A stretch of 57,867 nucleotides of DNA from Bacteroidota bacterium (GTDB lineage: Bacteria; Bacteroidota; Bacteroidia; JABDFU01): the NCBI GenBank assembly GCA_013286805.1, contig JABDEY010000004.1, positions 770 to 58,636 on the forward strand, read 5' to 3'. Under the pieces are notes generated by a model. The model was given only the letters and a program-made list of their open reading frames with translations. It did not search any database and was not told the origin of the DNA. A program made the position numbers and the translations under genes. This document shows, piece after piece, positions 56,601-57,867 of this stretch (position 1 is its first letter; each line of letters opens with the position of its first letter).

Positions 56601-57867
56601 CTATTGATAATCATACCAATCTCTCTTTCTGGACAGCTTCAGATCCTGTAATACAGCTGATTTTACATTGATTGTAAGCATATAGCTTTCACGCGGACCA
56701 AAGGGCACCCATGTTATTTTCATTTCCCAGCAATGCAGGTCACGGTATATATTGAATTGGGTAAATGTCAGTTGCTTTGCAGTGAGGTCAAATCCGGAGG
56801 TATATGTTATTTTCCATTTTTTAGTCACGCCTACATCACCGTTAAAAGTAATGGATTGAGTAGGCTTTACAGCGGCAAGGCCGGGTTTGGAAAAAACAAA
56901 ATTGTAGTTGAACGTCAGTTTCCAGGGAATATTGAAGTTGGCATAATCAAATGGATTGGTATTCTGTAAAGCCGATGTGTTCGGATTAGCCTTTGGATTG
57001 GCAGGCGGAATCTGACCCTGAGGTATCTGATTCGGAATATTCCCTGAGTTTGTGGCAGGAGATGTGGAATTCGCTTTGCTGCCCAGACTGCTGCTAAGGG
57101 CCACACTATAGTTGGTCAGCCTTCCAAAATCCAGATATTTATTATCAAATTCAAGCTCGTTAATCCGGTTTCCCTCCGCATTCAATTTATAAGGGTCGAG
57201 GGTACCATTATAGTTGACGTCAAGGTGTTTAAACAATTTGGTTCTTCCGGTCATACTGATTACATTCATTCTGAAAGAGTCCGCAGCTGCGTTATAGGAA
57301 GAAGAAATTGTAAACATATCAATAATGCTGATTTTTCGCTCGTGGTGAACGGTATCTTTCGCATCATACACTTTCGCTTCGAGTGTATTGTTGATTGACC
57401 AGGTTATCAGATTGGCCAGCCCGGGAGCCGGTCCGGGTCCGTACAGGCTGTTCTGAAACTTTGAATAGGTATGATTTACACCATTGGAATCTTTCACATT
57501 GCCATAGTACCCCCAATAAGCTTTACTGAAATCAGGAATATAGGTAAAGCCAATGGTTGGAGTAACCAGATGACGTATCTGTTTTACATAGGCCTTTCTG
57601 AATTGATAATTTCCGTATAGTTTAGTGCTTAAATTAGCAGAGAAACTAAAATCATTTTCCATGGCGGAATGACTGTCTGTCTCAACCGAATCATGTTTGG
57701 ATTTTAAGATGTAATTCTCCCTGGTCGTCTGGTAATAGGAGTTCGAATTGAAATTGGCAGAAGGCGTCAGGATAAAATATTTAAAGATATTGATCGATTC
57801 GCTGATGGGTATATTTTGATGCAAACCATTCTTGATGGCCTTGAACATGGCTGGCTTTAAAAATATG
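56601..57867 (-). CDS. lptD: LPS-assembly protein LptD, C-terminal part (starts right of the window)
   Basis: Frame open to the window edge. IRHLVTPTIGFTY.PDFS, PWKLTFNY, RDLHCWEM..W.PFG...Y..TI.VKSAVLQDLK are typical of the Bacteroidota LptD barrel end. Confidence 0.85.
   Translation of the reverse strand, partial: IFLKPAMFKAIKNGLHQNIPISESINIFKYFILTPSANFNSNSYYQTTRENYILKSKHDSVETDSHSAMENDFSFSANLSTKLYGNYQFRKAYVKQIRHLVTPTIGFTYIPDFSKAYWGYYGNVKDSNGVNHTYSKFQNSLYGPGPAPGLANLITWSINNTLEAKVYDAKDTVHHERKISIIDMFTISSSYNAAADSFRMNVISMTGRTKLFKHLDVNYNGTLDPYKLNAEGNRINELEFDNKYLDFGRLTNYSVALSSSLGSKANSTSPATNSGNIPNQIPQGQIPPANPKANPNTSALQNTNPFDYANFNIPWKLTFNYNFVFSKPGLAAVKPTQSITFNGDVGVTKKWKITYTSGFDLTAKQLTFTQFNIYRDLHCWEMKITWVPFGPRESYMLTINVKSAVLQDLKLSRKRDWYDYQ

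Noticed and set aside
1-57867. tRNA or rRNA genes and intact IS elements
   Set aside because: No cloverleaf, rRNA signature, transposase ORF or terminal inverted-repeat pair was seen by eye. tRNAscan-SE and an ISfinder search would confirm.

Overview
Gene-dense window from a Bacteroidota chromosome. This is inferred from TAnnTTTG -7 promoter motifs, three T9SS C-terminal-domain cargo proteins, a PorD-like gene and the bamD-rpoZ-coaBC cluster. Most of it is housekeeping: mdh, dnaB, ahpC, trxB/trxA, dapA, pyrC, mnmA, lpdA, ridA, a partial lptD and the SRP RNA. The strongest candidate for an undescribed system is a minus-strand locus (6987-12760). It encodes a SiaB-type kinase, a SiaC-type switch protein (NTSS, Thr68), a cysteine-free YfiR-like protein, a TPR protein, a membrane 4HB-HAMP-PP2C phosphatase and an MFS transporter. 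It looks like a Sia/Yfi hybrid partner-switch pathway with no diguanylate cyclase in the window, and two more paralogous PP2C sensors occur nearby. Other points: coaBC is interrupted at an A10 run; a PLP enzyme resembles sulfonolipid cysteate acyltransferases; an exported WD40-caspase sits next to a beta-propeller PP2C sensor; and several features are absent from or split in the ORF track (a RelE relic, a group II intron 3' relic, a 23-bp tandem array fused to a frameshifted Xre gene, and a 59-aa Hc1-like gene). All family assignments come from recognising motifs by eye; no database search was run.
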